Shown here: piece by piece, positions 1 to 12,090 of the stretch
Numbering within the stretch: position 1 is the stretch's first letter
Layout: each line of letters begins with the position of its first letter
Source: Anthoceros angustus
Taxonomy: Eukaryota > Plantae > Anthocerotophyta
Direction: 5' to 3'
NCBI GenBank assembly: GCA_010909165.1
Contig: MU008158.1
Location: 3,063,478-3,127,477, forward strand
Length of the DNA: 64,000 nucleotides
The notes under the pieces: generated by a model
What the model was told of the DNA's origin: nothing
The model's input: only the letters and a program-made list of their open reading frames with translations
The model's database searches: none
Made by a program: the position numbers and the translations under genes

Positions 1-76
1 GGTAATAGATTGAGCTTAACTTTTATATTTCTTTGAATTGATAATCTAGATATTAGAGTTTTAGTTAAACATGCAG

Positions 77-1917
77 GTGCATCAATCCCAACAATAATAG
101 TTGAAAACGAGGAGAAAGTTGTGATTCAACCAAATTCAGTGATGAACAAAAAGAAGACCATGTTCAAAGAAACGAAATCAAGTTCTTCAAAAGTTGGTCT
201 TCCCAAGAAAAGAAATGAAAAATCAAGATCAAATTCAAAAATTTCTCAATCTCCTCCTAGTAGACTTTCAGCTGAAAAGACAAATATGATGCCCAAAATG
301 TCTACAATTTCTTCAAGATTTTCAGCCCTGGTTAATGTTTACCCAAAGAGTAGGAAAAAATCATTGTTTGACACTATGCAAGGATTCACTAAACATATTG
401 TAGAAACATCAGGATTAGCTCATAGGAGATCTCGAATGAGTTTGGACTCAACGCAACAACTAAAGTTTTCATTGGTTCCATTTAAGTCAGATGCATTAGA
501 TCCTGCAAACCGCAAGATTTTGCTTCTTGCAGCACATGTAAAACCAAGAAAGATTGCAGGAGATCCATACTCAACACGTGAGATTGTCGCAGATCTACTT
601 GGGGCATTCGGTGCTATGTTCACCTGGTCGATTTCTTTTACAATAGCTATGAGTATCATTATTTTCACCAAAACAACAAAAGACGTAAATAGATGTGAAT
701 ATGTGAACATAGATAACAATGCCACGTGGATGAAATCCAAAGCTTTTCGAGATTGTCTGTTGTATATTGATCACCAAACAATGTCTAACATAGACAATTA
801 TAAATATTTGGGTTATTATAGTGGAAGATCCGTGATGGAAGTACCAATTTATTTTATAATTTTACTTTTTATGTATGGTAGAAATGCCTTGAGTCGTAGG
901 GAATGGTTAGTTCTCCCTAGTATTATCATCTTGCAACTCACTTTTATTGTTCTCATAAATGTTATTGGTAAGAGACCCACTTCATCAATTGGAGGGATCC
1001 TAGCTGTGCAGCTACCTTTGCAATTTATTGCTATGTTCTCTATATTGAAGATGTGTCAAATAAGTCATGTAAATCATCTATATTATCCATTTTGGTTACT
1101 TTGGATACAAAGTATACTACAAGTCCTTATGATCCCTCTCTATGAAGCTTTACTTCCGCTAAGTTTCACCCATGCTAGCACCAACCTTCAAAAGGCCGTA
1201 ATTCGTCTATTTATCCATCCATTCATATGGGCCATTCATGAAACAGGAGTCCGCATAGCTGTTCAGGCATTATTTCATCAACACTCATTTTCAGTTCATA
1301 GTGCCATCTTAATGATGCGCCCACGATTTTTTAATGCTTTCATTGGTAGATTTCTTTTGTCATCTCTTTCAAGCATAGGAGACATTATAGTCATTAACAT
1401 CATGTTAATGCTATTGGATATTGGAGCTCGATTGACAACAAAGGACAAAGATGATTGGTTGTATCACTTATTCACTAGTAAACACCATACGAAAAGAATT
1501 CAAGATAGTCAAATAAGTCGAGACTTACGTGCTACTTTTCAATTTGTCGACATGTTTACAGAGGTGGTAGGTGTAGTAACCGTATCGATGATTTATATCT
1601 CTGGGAATATTTCATATACATCTGGAGTTGGTGCTGATCTTTGGACAGTTGCAACAAATATGATGGTTCAGTTAAGCACTTTACTGTTAGGAGAGTTGAT
1701 TGGCATGGGATTTGAAAATAAATTTTCTTGTATTCAACATCGTAGAGTTTGGATAAGCCAACATCCTTTATTTTTACTTTTGATATTTTATATTGTGTAC
1801 ACCGAGCTCGAAAGACTCTCGACAGTTATTCTAGGTTTATTTTGCCTTGAAAGTTTTGACAATATCACTACCTTACAATATTGTGATGAAGCACATATTC
1901 CAACATATGCATTTTAG
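77..1917 (+). CDS. Terminal exon of an uncharacterised multi-pass membrane protein; gene starts upstream of the window
   Basis: The 121..1917 ORF has no ATG at its start (GTG) and stays open upstream to an acceptor TGCAG|G at 76/77; a GTAAT donor at 2 gives a 75-bp AT-rich intron. A K/S-rich hydrophilic stretch is followed by roughly 9-11 hydrophobic segments. A ~1.8 kb stop-free frame in AT-rich DNA is unlikely by chance. Confidence 0.8.
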
Positions 1918-2336
1918 TGCATCTAGATATGCAATGAATCTTTAAGTTCACATACAAGCAAACTCTGATATTTTATTTAGAGGTGGTTTGGAACCAAAAA
2001 GGTTAGTAACTGGGTACTTACAAGGTCTTCTTGACTGTAATAGGTATATTAATATTTGATTTATACTTGATATGAAAAAATAGGAAAAAGTGTTAGAGGA
2101 GCGTTGACAGTTAAGTAAATGCGAGTGAATACGTAATACATGGTGGGATTGAATGGGATTTATACCGTACGTATACCTACTTGTTTTACAATGCGAGAGA
2201 CCTAGAGGAGGCGAATCGCATGAGAGAGTGGCACGTGAGCGGGTTTGGCTGTTTGCTGTCTGAGCATACTTGCAGGATGCATGGGTGATGTTCATGGTGG
2301 GTGGCACTTGGCAGGCTTGTGGTGCGATGCTCCAAG

Positions 2337-5090
2337 ATGTCTGCAACTGCCGGTGACGAAGGCGAGAAAGGCCAGCGAAGGGATTTGGGACCGGCCATTG
2401 CAGGGCTTCGCAAGAGAGGCAGGCAAGATGCGGGCTTGTCCCAGGACAAGGCGCTCCAGCGCACGGCTGAAATTGTGATGGTGTTGGCAGGAATGGCTCA
2501 GCTGCGTGCTGGAAAGCCTCCCGGCACTAAAGAGCGCCGTCTTGCGGCCAAGGCCTTCCGCAATTTGAGTGTTCTCGCGGAATGCGTTGCTCCCGAACAC
2601 CTTCTGTCCGACAAGGCAGTGGACACGCTGATCCGAGACCTCGGCTTGGGGGACGAGTGCCAGGTAGGTACAGTAGGGCTGGTTCGATGGTACATGCCCG
2701 AATGGCTTCCTCACCGGGGCTTGTCTGAGTGCACTCGCAACGCAATCAGCTTTTTCTGATGCCGAGTCAGTTCCGGGTTGCAGGCAATTGGTGGCTTGAC
2801 GCCTGCAGGGAGAGGGGTGGAGCGCTTTGATCCTGCGAGCTCCACCCGACTGTCTGGTATGCTATTTGCATACAGTATGCTCTTATACAGCCTTCTCGTA
2901 ATTTGTGCAAACGAAGAAGCTGATTTTGCAACTTTCTGCAATGCCATGAAGATGAGGACAGTCCGGAATCGGCCTCGTCAGGAGGTCATGCCACGGATTG
3001 CTCGTCAGACTTGGCACATGATATGAGGAGTGAGGATCATAACGATGACGAAGCTAGAAGTTCATGCAACAGCAGTTCGCATGTGGGGATGCTGTCCGCG
3101 GTTGAAGCGGGCGGTTTGGGCACTTATCGCAATCATGCTGGGGCTTTGTCCGAGTTTTTGGGACATGCAAGGAGTGATACGGCTCCTGTGTTTGGCCTCC
3201 CGGCTGAAGCAAGCCTGGAACTTGGACAGGACGCGTACAGGAACCAGCTAAGGCAGGCTGTGCAGCAGTATGTGATGCAGAAGATGAGCTCCGTGAGGGC
3301 CCGTCCTACATTGGTGTCAACTTCGTTCATGACACCACCCATTGCCTGTGAGATGTGCCAGCGTGTGGCGAAAGATGCAGCCAGTGTCCTCATCTGTGAC
3401 AGTTGTGACTGTGCTTACCATGTGGCGTGTCTCCTGAATTTCAATGCAAGAGCTTTTGCCAAAGGTGATTGGGTTTGCCCGAGGTGTGTGATACTACATA
3501 GGGGTCGTCCTCAGCCTCCCCAGTATGGACCCATGCGAATCCCTCATCATGCACATAAATCCCATCACAGACATGTTGCAGGACGTAGCCTTGTACCGAT
3601 CTCCCATGCAACGGTGACGTCTATAGGGACATCAGTTGGCGGGCGAAGTCCAATGAAAGGTGAGACTGTGCGTTATTTGCAGATTGACCATAAACTTTTG
3701 AATGCGGCCCAACGTGGGCTTGAGGTGGTTGACACTGAGTTTCCAAGTTCTCAGGTTCGTGGGAAGGTAGAGCCTAAGTCAAGGGATCCCAGAAAACAGG
3801 GGAAAGAAGGATGCTCACCAGTTCACACCATTGTAAAGAACAGCAGTACTTGCTCAACAGGTCAGACAAGGGTTCAGACTATGAGCTCCAATGTTGGCCA
3901 AGAAGGTGGCTTATGGACGGAAGTGGATGCTCAGGGTAATGAGCATCCTTGTAGCACCGTGGCTTTGCTGGATGCCCACAGCAAAGGAGTGTATGGTGGT
4001 GACACAGTTAGAACAGAAGTAGAGGAGGCTGCTGCTTCCAGATGTGCCACTGCTGAGATTCCTTCTAGAGCTAAACAGGGAAAGGCAGGTTTTGGGGCAC
4101 CTGAGAAGGTGGCGGACGCTAGTACAGTCATTGATCCCAGGGCCCAGGAGGAAGGATCAAGCGAAGATCCAGATGTTATGGAATGGGTCGGGAAAGTGCT
4201 GCACGAGGTGCAGGGAAGAGTTTACTACGAAGCATGTAGGGTTGGGAAACATGTGTTCAAGCAGGACGATTTTGCATTGTTTCAACCTGAGTCAACTACT
4301 GTTGCTCCATACATTGCCCGCCTTCAGGTATGATGTTCATCTTGGTCAGATGTGCTGCTAGTTGTAGTGCAGCATCAGTTTAAATCTTGCTTGTGATTTG
4401 AGGAAACGTGAAGCAGAGTGATTCTGTTTGCAGAGCCTGTGGGACGACACAGTACAGGGTTCAAAATGGGCGAGAGTGAGTTGGTGTTACCATCCTTCTG
4501 ACATTCCTGTGCATACAGTCCGGCCTTCAGAACCAGAACATGACGAGGTGTGGGTGGTGACTTGAGTGCAGAAATTTGCTCCCACTGTTGTAGAAGAATG
4601 ATGTTTGCCAATTTGGGCTTCCTGCGGCTTTGACATTTGTTTCTAGTGCTGTGTTTCAAGCTGTGATGGTGGGGTGTAGAGGCAAACTGAGGCACATGTT
4701 GGACGTGCATTCAGGTGTATGAATCTAATCATTGTGACGACAACCCCTTGGCATCCATCCAAGGTCCCTGCCAAGTGTTGCACCACATCCAGTATTGTGC
4801 CGAGCTACAAAGGCGAGCGGAAGCGGTTAAAAAGGGTGGTGTACCTAGTGGAGATATGTGTCCCATTTTTGTGTGCAGGTATAGTGCAAACACGTAGAAA
4901 GGCGTGGACTACGACGTATACAACTCCACGCCTTTCTACGCCTGATCCTTATATCCCAGGTGTGATCATTTGTGGTGTGATGGGTAAGCAGGTTGTTAAC
5001 GATGTGGAGGTTCGGTTTGGCAGGTGGGTGTACGATGCTTTACAGCGAACATTTGCAGCCGTCGTGGAAGAAGAGCCAAGTAGCGAGTAG
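2337..5090 (+). CDS. PHD-finger + BAH domain protein (plant At1g50620/At3g20280-like architecture), spliced
   Basis: Exons approx 2337-2663, 2784-2856, ~3000-4327 (acceptor uncertain), 4434-4547, 4715-4878, 5024-5090 with GT-AG boundaries. N-terminal AEIVMVLAGMAQLRAGKPP motif; C4HC3 PHD CEMC...LICDSCDCAYHVAC...WVCPRC; C-terminal BAH-like WVGKVL...YYEAC...DFALF...PYIARLQ|SLWDD...KWARVSWCYHPSDIP...E|VYESNHCD...IQGPCQV...FVCR|WVYD. Confidence 0.88.
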
Positions 5091-6355
5091 CCGGTTCACA
5101 GCAGGCTGGGTGTTGGGATAGTTGGTGCGAGCAAGAATGTCGCTGGCGCTGTGACTGAAGAGGGTTAAAGGTAAGGACTTTGCAGTAGTTAGCAGGTGGC
5201 GCACTTGTAACCATGCGAGGATGTTGAATGGGGCCAAGACTGTCATGAGGCCAGCTAGCCTGGCCTAGGATGCGGTTACAGAGACAGTGAGGTGTGGGTT
5301 GTGTTGTGACAGCTATGACGAGAGTGTCGCCATGGAGAGTATCCGGTGGTGTCGAAAGAGTGTTTTGTACTGTTGAAGAGGATAGGAGGTCATGTGAAGG
5401 CAATCTGCTGTGAGATACGTGGTGGAGCCTGATGAGAGGACAAACGCATGGTCGGTAACTCTGGACAGTTGACGTGGTAGTTATCAGTTAAGTGACATGA
5501 GAGAGGGAAGCGCCATACATAGAAAAGAGAGCCTTGTGCATGTACGTAGGTGGGGCATGCGGACATGTCTAAGGCTCGGGAGCGGAATCCAGAACATAGG
5601 GGCCTTGTCGGGTGGCCGTGTTCCCGGAGCGAAGCCCGATGGTGGGCTTGGGCTTGGCCTAGACGAGGGAATCCTTTTCCTTCCCTCCCCTGGCTCGCCT
5701 GTAACTGTGAGGCTGAAAAGAGGGTGATGAGGTCCACAGGCCGTGACTTGCCAGCCTACAGGTGGGTGGGTGGGTGGATGGATGTCAGACCAAGAGTGGG
5801 ACCCTTGGCCTGGCCCGTGGGCCGGTGGCCCTAGAATTGCCTGTCTGCTTTGTAGCGCACCCGAAGGAAAGCAGAGCAGAGGCAGCCAGCCCCTTGCAAC
5901 ATGTGCGAACGTTCCCTAGCTGGTCCGACACCAGAGCTCAGAGCATCCTCATTGGCTATAGCCCTTTACAGCTGATATTCCCTCCCTCGGACAGGCACTG
6001 TATGTATGGTTTGCATAACTTGCCCAAATTCCAACTGTATGAAGCATTAATAGATCGCAAATGGGGGAAGAGATATTGACTCAAGACCTGTACCGGGTGG
6101 TGGTGGTGTTTAAGCCCGGCCAGCTGGGCAGCCTTGAAAGGCAAGACGGCCAATATCTAGGCTAGCTTCCAAGTACGAGGCCAGCAGGATGGCATGTTGT
6201 TACGACGAATCAAGTGGGGAGAGATGGGCACTCATGGCGTGGGATCGTTCCCTCCCGGATGAGGATGTGCTTACGATTGTTTCAGGATTTCACGACCTGT
6301 TGCTTGTTGTGTGCTTGAGGTTTTGGAATCGTACGCCACCATGTGTCCGGCTGTC

Positions 6356-6433
6356 GGGCTGAAGGGGCTGAAGGGGCTGGAGGAGCTGAAGGTGCTGAAG
6401 GGGCTGAAGGGGCTGAAGGGGCTGTAGGGGCTG
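6356..6433. repeat. 9-bp minisatellite (GCTGAAGGG)n, ~8.5 copies
   Basis: Directly visible tandem units with a few substitutions. Confidence 0.9.
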
Positions 6434-6915
6434 TTGCTGCCTGCCTGCCTGCAGCGTCCAGCTGTTGTGCCCTACCATGTACCAGGCCTGCCGTCGCGTC
6501 GTGACGTCCTCTCTGCACTGCATCATTATCATTATGGCGTAGGATACATCGCACCCATGGCATGTGTATGTATGCGGAGGTCATACAAGTAAAGCAGGCT
6601 GTTGCTTTTTCTTTCTTTTGTTTGACAACGAAGCGTGCAGGCAGCGAGGCCGGCCGGGCATGGAGTGGTGAGAGTCGGGAGGCCGACCAGAGTATTATGG
6701 GTGGGGTGTCACATGAAGCGCATGCGGATTGCGATTGCGGAGATTGCAGATGGCTGCGCCAGCCTTCCCCAACTGCCGGCCCAGGCCGGGCTTGGTGGAA
6801 AGGAGTTCGGAAAGAGGTGCAAGTCACAGGCACGCACACGACTGGAGGCTGGACAGCGAAGCATCATCGCATCGCGAGGCAACCACGAGATGATGAAGGA
6901 AAAGCAGGTGCAGCT

Positions 6916-6951
6916 GGGGCCGGGGCCGGGGCCGGGGCCGGGACCGGGGCC
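6916..6951. repeat. (GGGGCC)6 hexamer microsatellite with one variant unit; GGTGCC/GCTGCC hexamer run nearby at ~7030-7065
   Basis: Directly visible. Confidence 0.9.
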
Positions 6952-7608
6952 GATGTCCCCCCGACATTCCACATTCGGGCCCATGCTCATCGACAAGGCC
7001 AGATTCGGGCGGGAAGGAGGAAGGGAGGGCGGTGCCGGTGCCGGTGCCGCTGCCGCTGCCGCTGGCCCCCACTCACACTCACAGACCAAGGAATGGACTC
7101 TGCGTCTCCCCGTTGAAGCGGCCTTGTCGTATCGTGTCAGTTATAGACCCCGCCATTGGGTGCAAGCACCCCCCTCCCTGTCGACAGCCACCAGCCACAA
7201 CAACACACGACCCAGAACAGAGGAGAGAGAGTTTTGGCATACGCTATGTACTATGTACGATTCATATATATGCAGAGAAGGCGGACCCGCCACCAACTGC
7301 TTGCTGCACACTGCACTACTACACAGTTGGGGGAGGGGGAGCTGGATGATGTGATCAGAGAGACGGCTGGCTTGCATCGCCATTGCTCTCGGGAGCTTTG
7401 CTTTGCTTGCGCCCGGCACTGCGCACCGCATTCATGCAGCCATTGCCTCACCCTGGGCCGTCCCCGAATGGACCTAGACCATCGAATCCGCCCTGGCCAT
7501 GGATGCTGCGCCCGATGCGGCCAGCTCCCGCCGCTGAGATGAGATGAGATGAGAAGAGAGGACGGGGAAGAGAGAGACGCCATGTGCACCTCACTCCCCT
7601 CGGCCTGC

Positions 7609-7614
7609 TATATA
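7609..7614 (+). promoter_or_regulatory. Candidate TATA box of the pectin methylesterase gene
   Basis: CTATATAG in GC-rich context ~540 bp upstream of the ATG, followed by a pyrimidine-rich leader and a possible 5'UTR intron (GT 7919 to AG 8120). Confidence 0.4.
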
Positions 7615-7993
7615 GTGTAGCTCGCTGCAAAGGGTTCGCACTCCTAGACCTGCACTCACAACATTGCAGGCCAGTGCAGTGCTGCAGCGCAGTGCACTCC
7701 AGCCGCTGCACACCTCTCATCACAGCGCAGCTGTGCTGGTGCAGGACACAGTCTCTCTTCACCCAGTCCCGTCTGTCTGTCTGCCTGTCTGTCTGTGCGT
7801 CCTTCCGTCCGGGAGGCTTCATCCTCCCCTCCTCCCTCCCCTTCCTTCCTTCCTTCATCATTCTCTGCAGCTCTCAGCCTGCGTATGCCGCTCTGACTCC
7901 GCCATCCCGCTCTATCAGGTACGCGACGGGCCGGGCCGGGCCGCCGAGCTCCTTGCAATTCCGCGGACTGCAGCTGCCTTCCCTTCCTTTCCC

Positions 7994-8100
7994 GCATTCG
8001 CTTGCCGGCATTGTGCATTCGCTTGCCGGCATTGTGCATTCGCTGAAGGGCAGTGTGCATTCGCTGAAGGGCAGTGTGCATTCGCTGAAGGGCAGTGTGC
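7994..8100. repeat. 21-bp tandem repeat (2x GCATTCGCTTGCCGGCATTGT + 3x GCATTCGCTGAAGGGCAGTGT) in the PME leader or UTR intron
   Basis: Directly visible. Confidence 0.9.
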
Positions 8101-8147
8101 GCGTGCCATCTGTGCTGCAGGAAGGTGCAGGTATCCGGGCAGGCATC

Positions 8148-9661
8148 ATGGCGGTGCTGTCTTGGCTGCTGCTGCTGCCGCTGTTGCTGCTGCAGGGCAG
8201 CGTGAGCCTGGTGCGAGCGGACGGGGATGCCTTCCCCGACGAGGCGCAGGAGGCGGACTTCAAGAAGTGGATCGAGCACATCTCCAAGACCTCGGACTCG
8301 GCGGAGGAGAGTGACCCCGACCTGCTGAAGAAGTTCCCGTCGCTGGCCAGTGTGACCGGCGACTCCTCCCTGCCCGCCAGCATCGGCGACAGGAGCTGGA
8401 AGCGGCACCAGAGGGCTGAGCGGAATCCCAAGACCGTGGTGGTGTCCAAGGACGGCAAGGGAGATTACAAGACCGTCGCCGAGGCGGTGTATGCGGTGCC
8501 TAGCAAAAACGCCCGCCGCTACATCATCCACATCAAGGAAGGCGTGTACTGGGAGAAATTCGAAATTCCCAAGTCTAAGCCCTACATCACCTTCCTGGGA
8601 GACGGGCAGGACAAGACTATCATCTCCTACAACGCCACTGCCAGCACCGACGGGCCCGGAGACCTTCCCCTCAGAACCTACCACAGCGCTACTGTGGGAG
8701 TCAGTTCACAGTACTTCATCGCCAAGCACCTCACCTTCAGGGTCTCTGCTCTGCTCTCCTCTGCCGTCCTTTGCTCAGCTCAGCTCAACTCGCTCTGCTG
8801 TCGTGTTTGGATGTTTGGATTCCGCATTTGCCTTGTCTTGACGCAGCTGCTGCTGGTTTGTTCTGCAGAACACGGCACCCGCTCCTAACCCGGGAGACAT
8901 TGGCAAGCAGGCTGTGGCCTTCAGGATTTCAGCGGACCGGGCCGCCTTCTACCATGTCAGCTTCCTCGGCTCGCAGGACACGCTCTACGATCAGCGGGGG
9001 CGCCACTACTTCAAAAATTGCTACATCCAGGGATCCATCGACTTCATCTTCGGCTACGGCAGATCGCTGTACAAGGTGAGTCCCGTGCCGCTGCATTCGC
9101 ACAGTCTTTTCCGTCTGCATTCTCTCCGCTGCTCTTGGCTTTATCTGTGCGCATCCAATGCAGAACTGCCACCTCCACTCCATCGCCAAAACCTTCGGAT
9201 CTCTCACAGCGCAGAAGAGGAACGCGACTCTGCTGGACACGGGCTTCTCCTTCGTCGACTGCAGCGTGACCGGTACCGGGTACGTGTATCTGGGACGAGC
9301 CTGGGGCGACCACTCGCGAGTCGTCTTCGCCTACACCTACTTCGACGATATCATCGTGCCTGAGGGCTGGCAAGATTGGGGCATTCCCGCGCGTGAAAAG
9401 TAGGTCATCCGCATTTGGATCAGTGGCAGGAGGTCATGCTTTTTCTTGTGATGTGCTTGTGCTTGGACTTGTGCTGAGGATACTTGCTCTCGTTTGCTGC
9501 TGTTGCGCAGGACGGTTTTCTACGGGGAGTACAAGTGCTACGGGCCAGGTGCCAACAGCCCGCTGCGCGTGAAGTGGGCCAGAAAGTTGACAGCCCAGGA
9601 AATCAAGCCCTACCTCACTGTGGGTTTCATCAACGGCAAAGGCTGGCTGGAGAGCTTTTGA
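8148..9661 (+). CDS. PME: Pectin methylesterase (pectinesterase, CE8) without PMEI pro-domain, 4 coding exons
   Basis: Exons 8148-8741, 8869-9075, 9164-9399, 9511-9661 splice in frame. Signal peptide [17 protein letters not shown]; PME motifs [47 protein letters not shown]; ends [11 protein letters not shown]. Confidence 0.96.
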
Positions 9662-11639
9662 TGCTTGGCAAGCCACGAGAATTGTGTATTTCACCGCTTG
9701 ATGTGATGGCAGTGCAGGCAGCAGTGCGGTTGTAAGTGAGGCCAGTCTCTCACGCACTTTACCACCTTGCTCGGATCATGTTGCTGCTGCTGCTGCTTCT
9801 TTCCGTCAGGTTCTGCTTCTGGTTCTGCTTCGAGGATTGAAGTCAGACACTACGGCCTTCTGGCCTCCTCACTCATCTGCTACACATGACTGCATTATGT
9901 GGGCACACACTTGAAGCTAGCTAGCTCTCCATGTGGCAAGTCAAACGATCTAGAGACTCCTGGTAGCGCTCAAGTTTTGCTAGTTAGGACCCCATTTTTA
10001 ATCCATTGCATTGCATTGGCCAGATACTTTGGAGATTTCTACCTTCCATGTATAGTTTGGCATTGGCCGTAACGCTAGATCCTGCATCATCTGGTGCAAC
10101 TCCTTGTTTTCATCACTCGTCTCTTTCTTTTCTACGAAAGGAGAGTTAGCATCGTTGTTAGTAGACAAACACACTAGGCGACCGTATGTATGTATGTATG
10201 GATGCATTAACAGGTACCACAAATGCTGGTTGTGCTCCTGGCCGCTGGCCTGCAAACACATACTATATGTTTGTTGAATAAAGCTTTCTCTGGCGTATTG
10301 CCGCAATCCTCGCCCGGCTTGCTGGCTTCTTGATTGGTGAGGAAAAGCTGCAGCCTTGGGGCAAGGACACGCTAGGGTGACAGCGAGCATTCATGGAATT
10401 TGCAATACGACGACTTGGAAGCTTGTGCCACAGTGGCCTCAAGGCTGAGGTCAGTACAATGCAGATGGGGTCCGCAACCGGCAGGCCAGGCAGGCCAGGC
10501 AGGCTGAAAGCTGTGCATATGAGACGTACGCTCTCACTGCCACCTGCACATGGTTCTTTCTGCCACTCCCGAGGTAGAGTCTGGAACATGCCAAATCACG
10601 GTAATCGTCCTAGCTTAGTAGACAAATGCTTCCGGATTCCTCTTACCCCTCCATCGGGACTACAAATGCAAAAGTGCTCTACGATTTTAGGTTATTTTGA
10701 ATCTCTCACATTCCCACCTGAAACAGGAGCCTGCAACCTGCCAAATCACGCTACAAGGAGCTTCAGATGTGAATGTTTCAAGATTCCCGCTAGTTTCTTC
10801 CATCGGGGCCCAAGGGAGAACGGCTTGAACCTTGTAACGCCTCAAACAGCAAAAGAAACGTCCTGAAACAGCCAGCCTGAAACAGGTAGGTAATGCAATC
10901 ACACCAAATCATATACCGCTTGAAACTTCTAGTCTGAAGCAGCCTGCTACATTGTTTTGCAAGATGCGGGGAGACGGCTATTCGGGCGACAGACATGCCA
11001 CACGACATCACCACCGTCGGAGGGAGCCTGGGGCCTGGAGTGGGAAAACGGTTGCATGAATTCTCATAGTAGCAGGCTGTCAGAAATCAACTTGTCGCTC
11101 CAACTTTCAAGCAAGAAGAGGCAAACTTCCGCCTTCTCTACGATCACTACGTGTTCGCTTGTGCGGAGGCAATCTTTCATGGTAAGCAGGTAGTGCATAG
11201 ATCATATTTGACAAAAGAAGCTATCCAAGAACAGAGCTGCATGGACGAATACTCAAGGTGTCGTCAGGTGCTTAAACAAAAAATCTCCACCGAGGAGGGA
11301 ATTCGCTGAAAAAACCATAGGTTCGCGAACCCCATGGTTCACCCCATGCCAATGGCGAACCCCTTGGCATCAAGCCAATGGCCCTTTTTCTTTCCTCGCC
11401 CCCTCTCTCCTTCGCGATGCAGATACGCGACTGGAAACCGGGGCGACGTAAACTGATTCAAGTTGCCGTCTCGCTCATCAAGAAAATTTCCATCCTCACG
11501 TCGCGACCATGCCAGTTGGCCGCCGTTCACCATTCCGCCCCTGGTTCTTCCGGCCCAGGAACCGCTCCCTCCTCCTCAATAACCTCGTCAGCCGCCCACT
11601 GTGTAACCACGTCTGCCAGACTGCTGGCGCACATCTTCC

Positions 11640-12030
11640 AGTTCACCGCATTTCGCATGATGTCCACCAGGGAGGTGCCCACAGTATGTCACTCGCAGCA
11701 TTCTTCTGCCACAATCTGTGAGTGCAGCTGTCTGCCCTTATGTAGGGCACCAGTGCCTGCACAGGTCTTCAGAAGGGAAGCAAAAGTAACATGGTTAGCC
11801 TTCTTGCTCCATTTGTCTATGCATACCAAGCCCCTCACGTCCAAGATCTTGCTGTGCATACCCGGATATCAGGGCGGACCATGCTACGACATCCTTTGTG
11901 TTCATGTTGTCAAAAACCTGGCGTGCTTCTTCCAGTTTACCACATACACGTCACCAGTATGACATCCAGCAGTCCTTATGAAAAATCTGAGAGTGCGGCT
12001 GCCTGCCCTTTTGAGGAAGCACATTCTCCC
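11640..12030 (-). pseudogene. Degenerate PLS-class PPR fragment
   Basis: Minus strand gives NHVTFASLLKTCAGTGALHKGRQLHSQIV...VGTSLVD with stops and frameshifts; resembles the PPR motif at ~12900-13090. Confidence 0.75.
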
Positions 12031-12090
12031 CAAGAGGAAAAAGCAGTTTCCTCTGGCGTACACACTTGCGCTCCAGGGAGTCCATTATTC

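Noticed and set aside
6916-6951. Functional significance of the (GGGGCC)n repeat (C9orf72-like)
   Set aside because: Six units in a GC-rich intergenic region full of other microsatellites; no further support.
7584-8147. N-terminal 188 aa of the 434-aa ORF as part of the PME
   Set aside because: It spans the TATA/leader and 21-bp repeats; the signal peptide begins at ATG 8148.
7656-8684. 342-aa minus-strand ORF
   Set aside because: Antisense shadow of the GC-rich PME exon 1.
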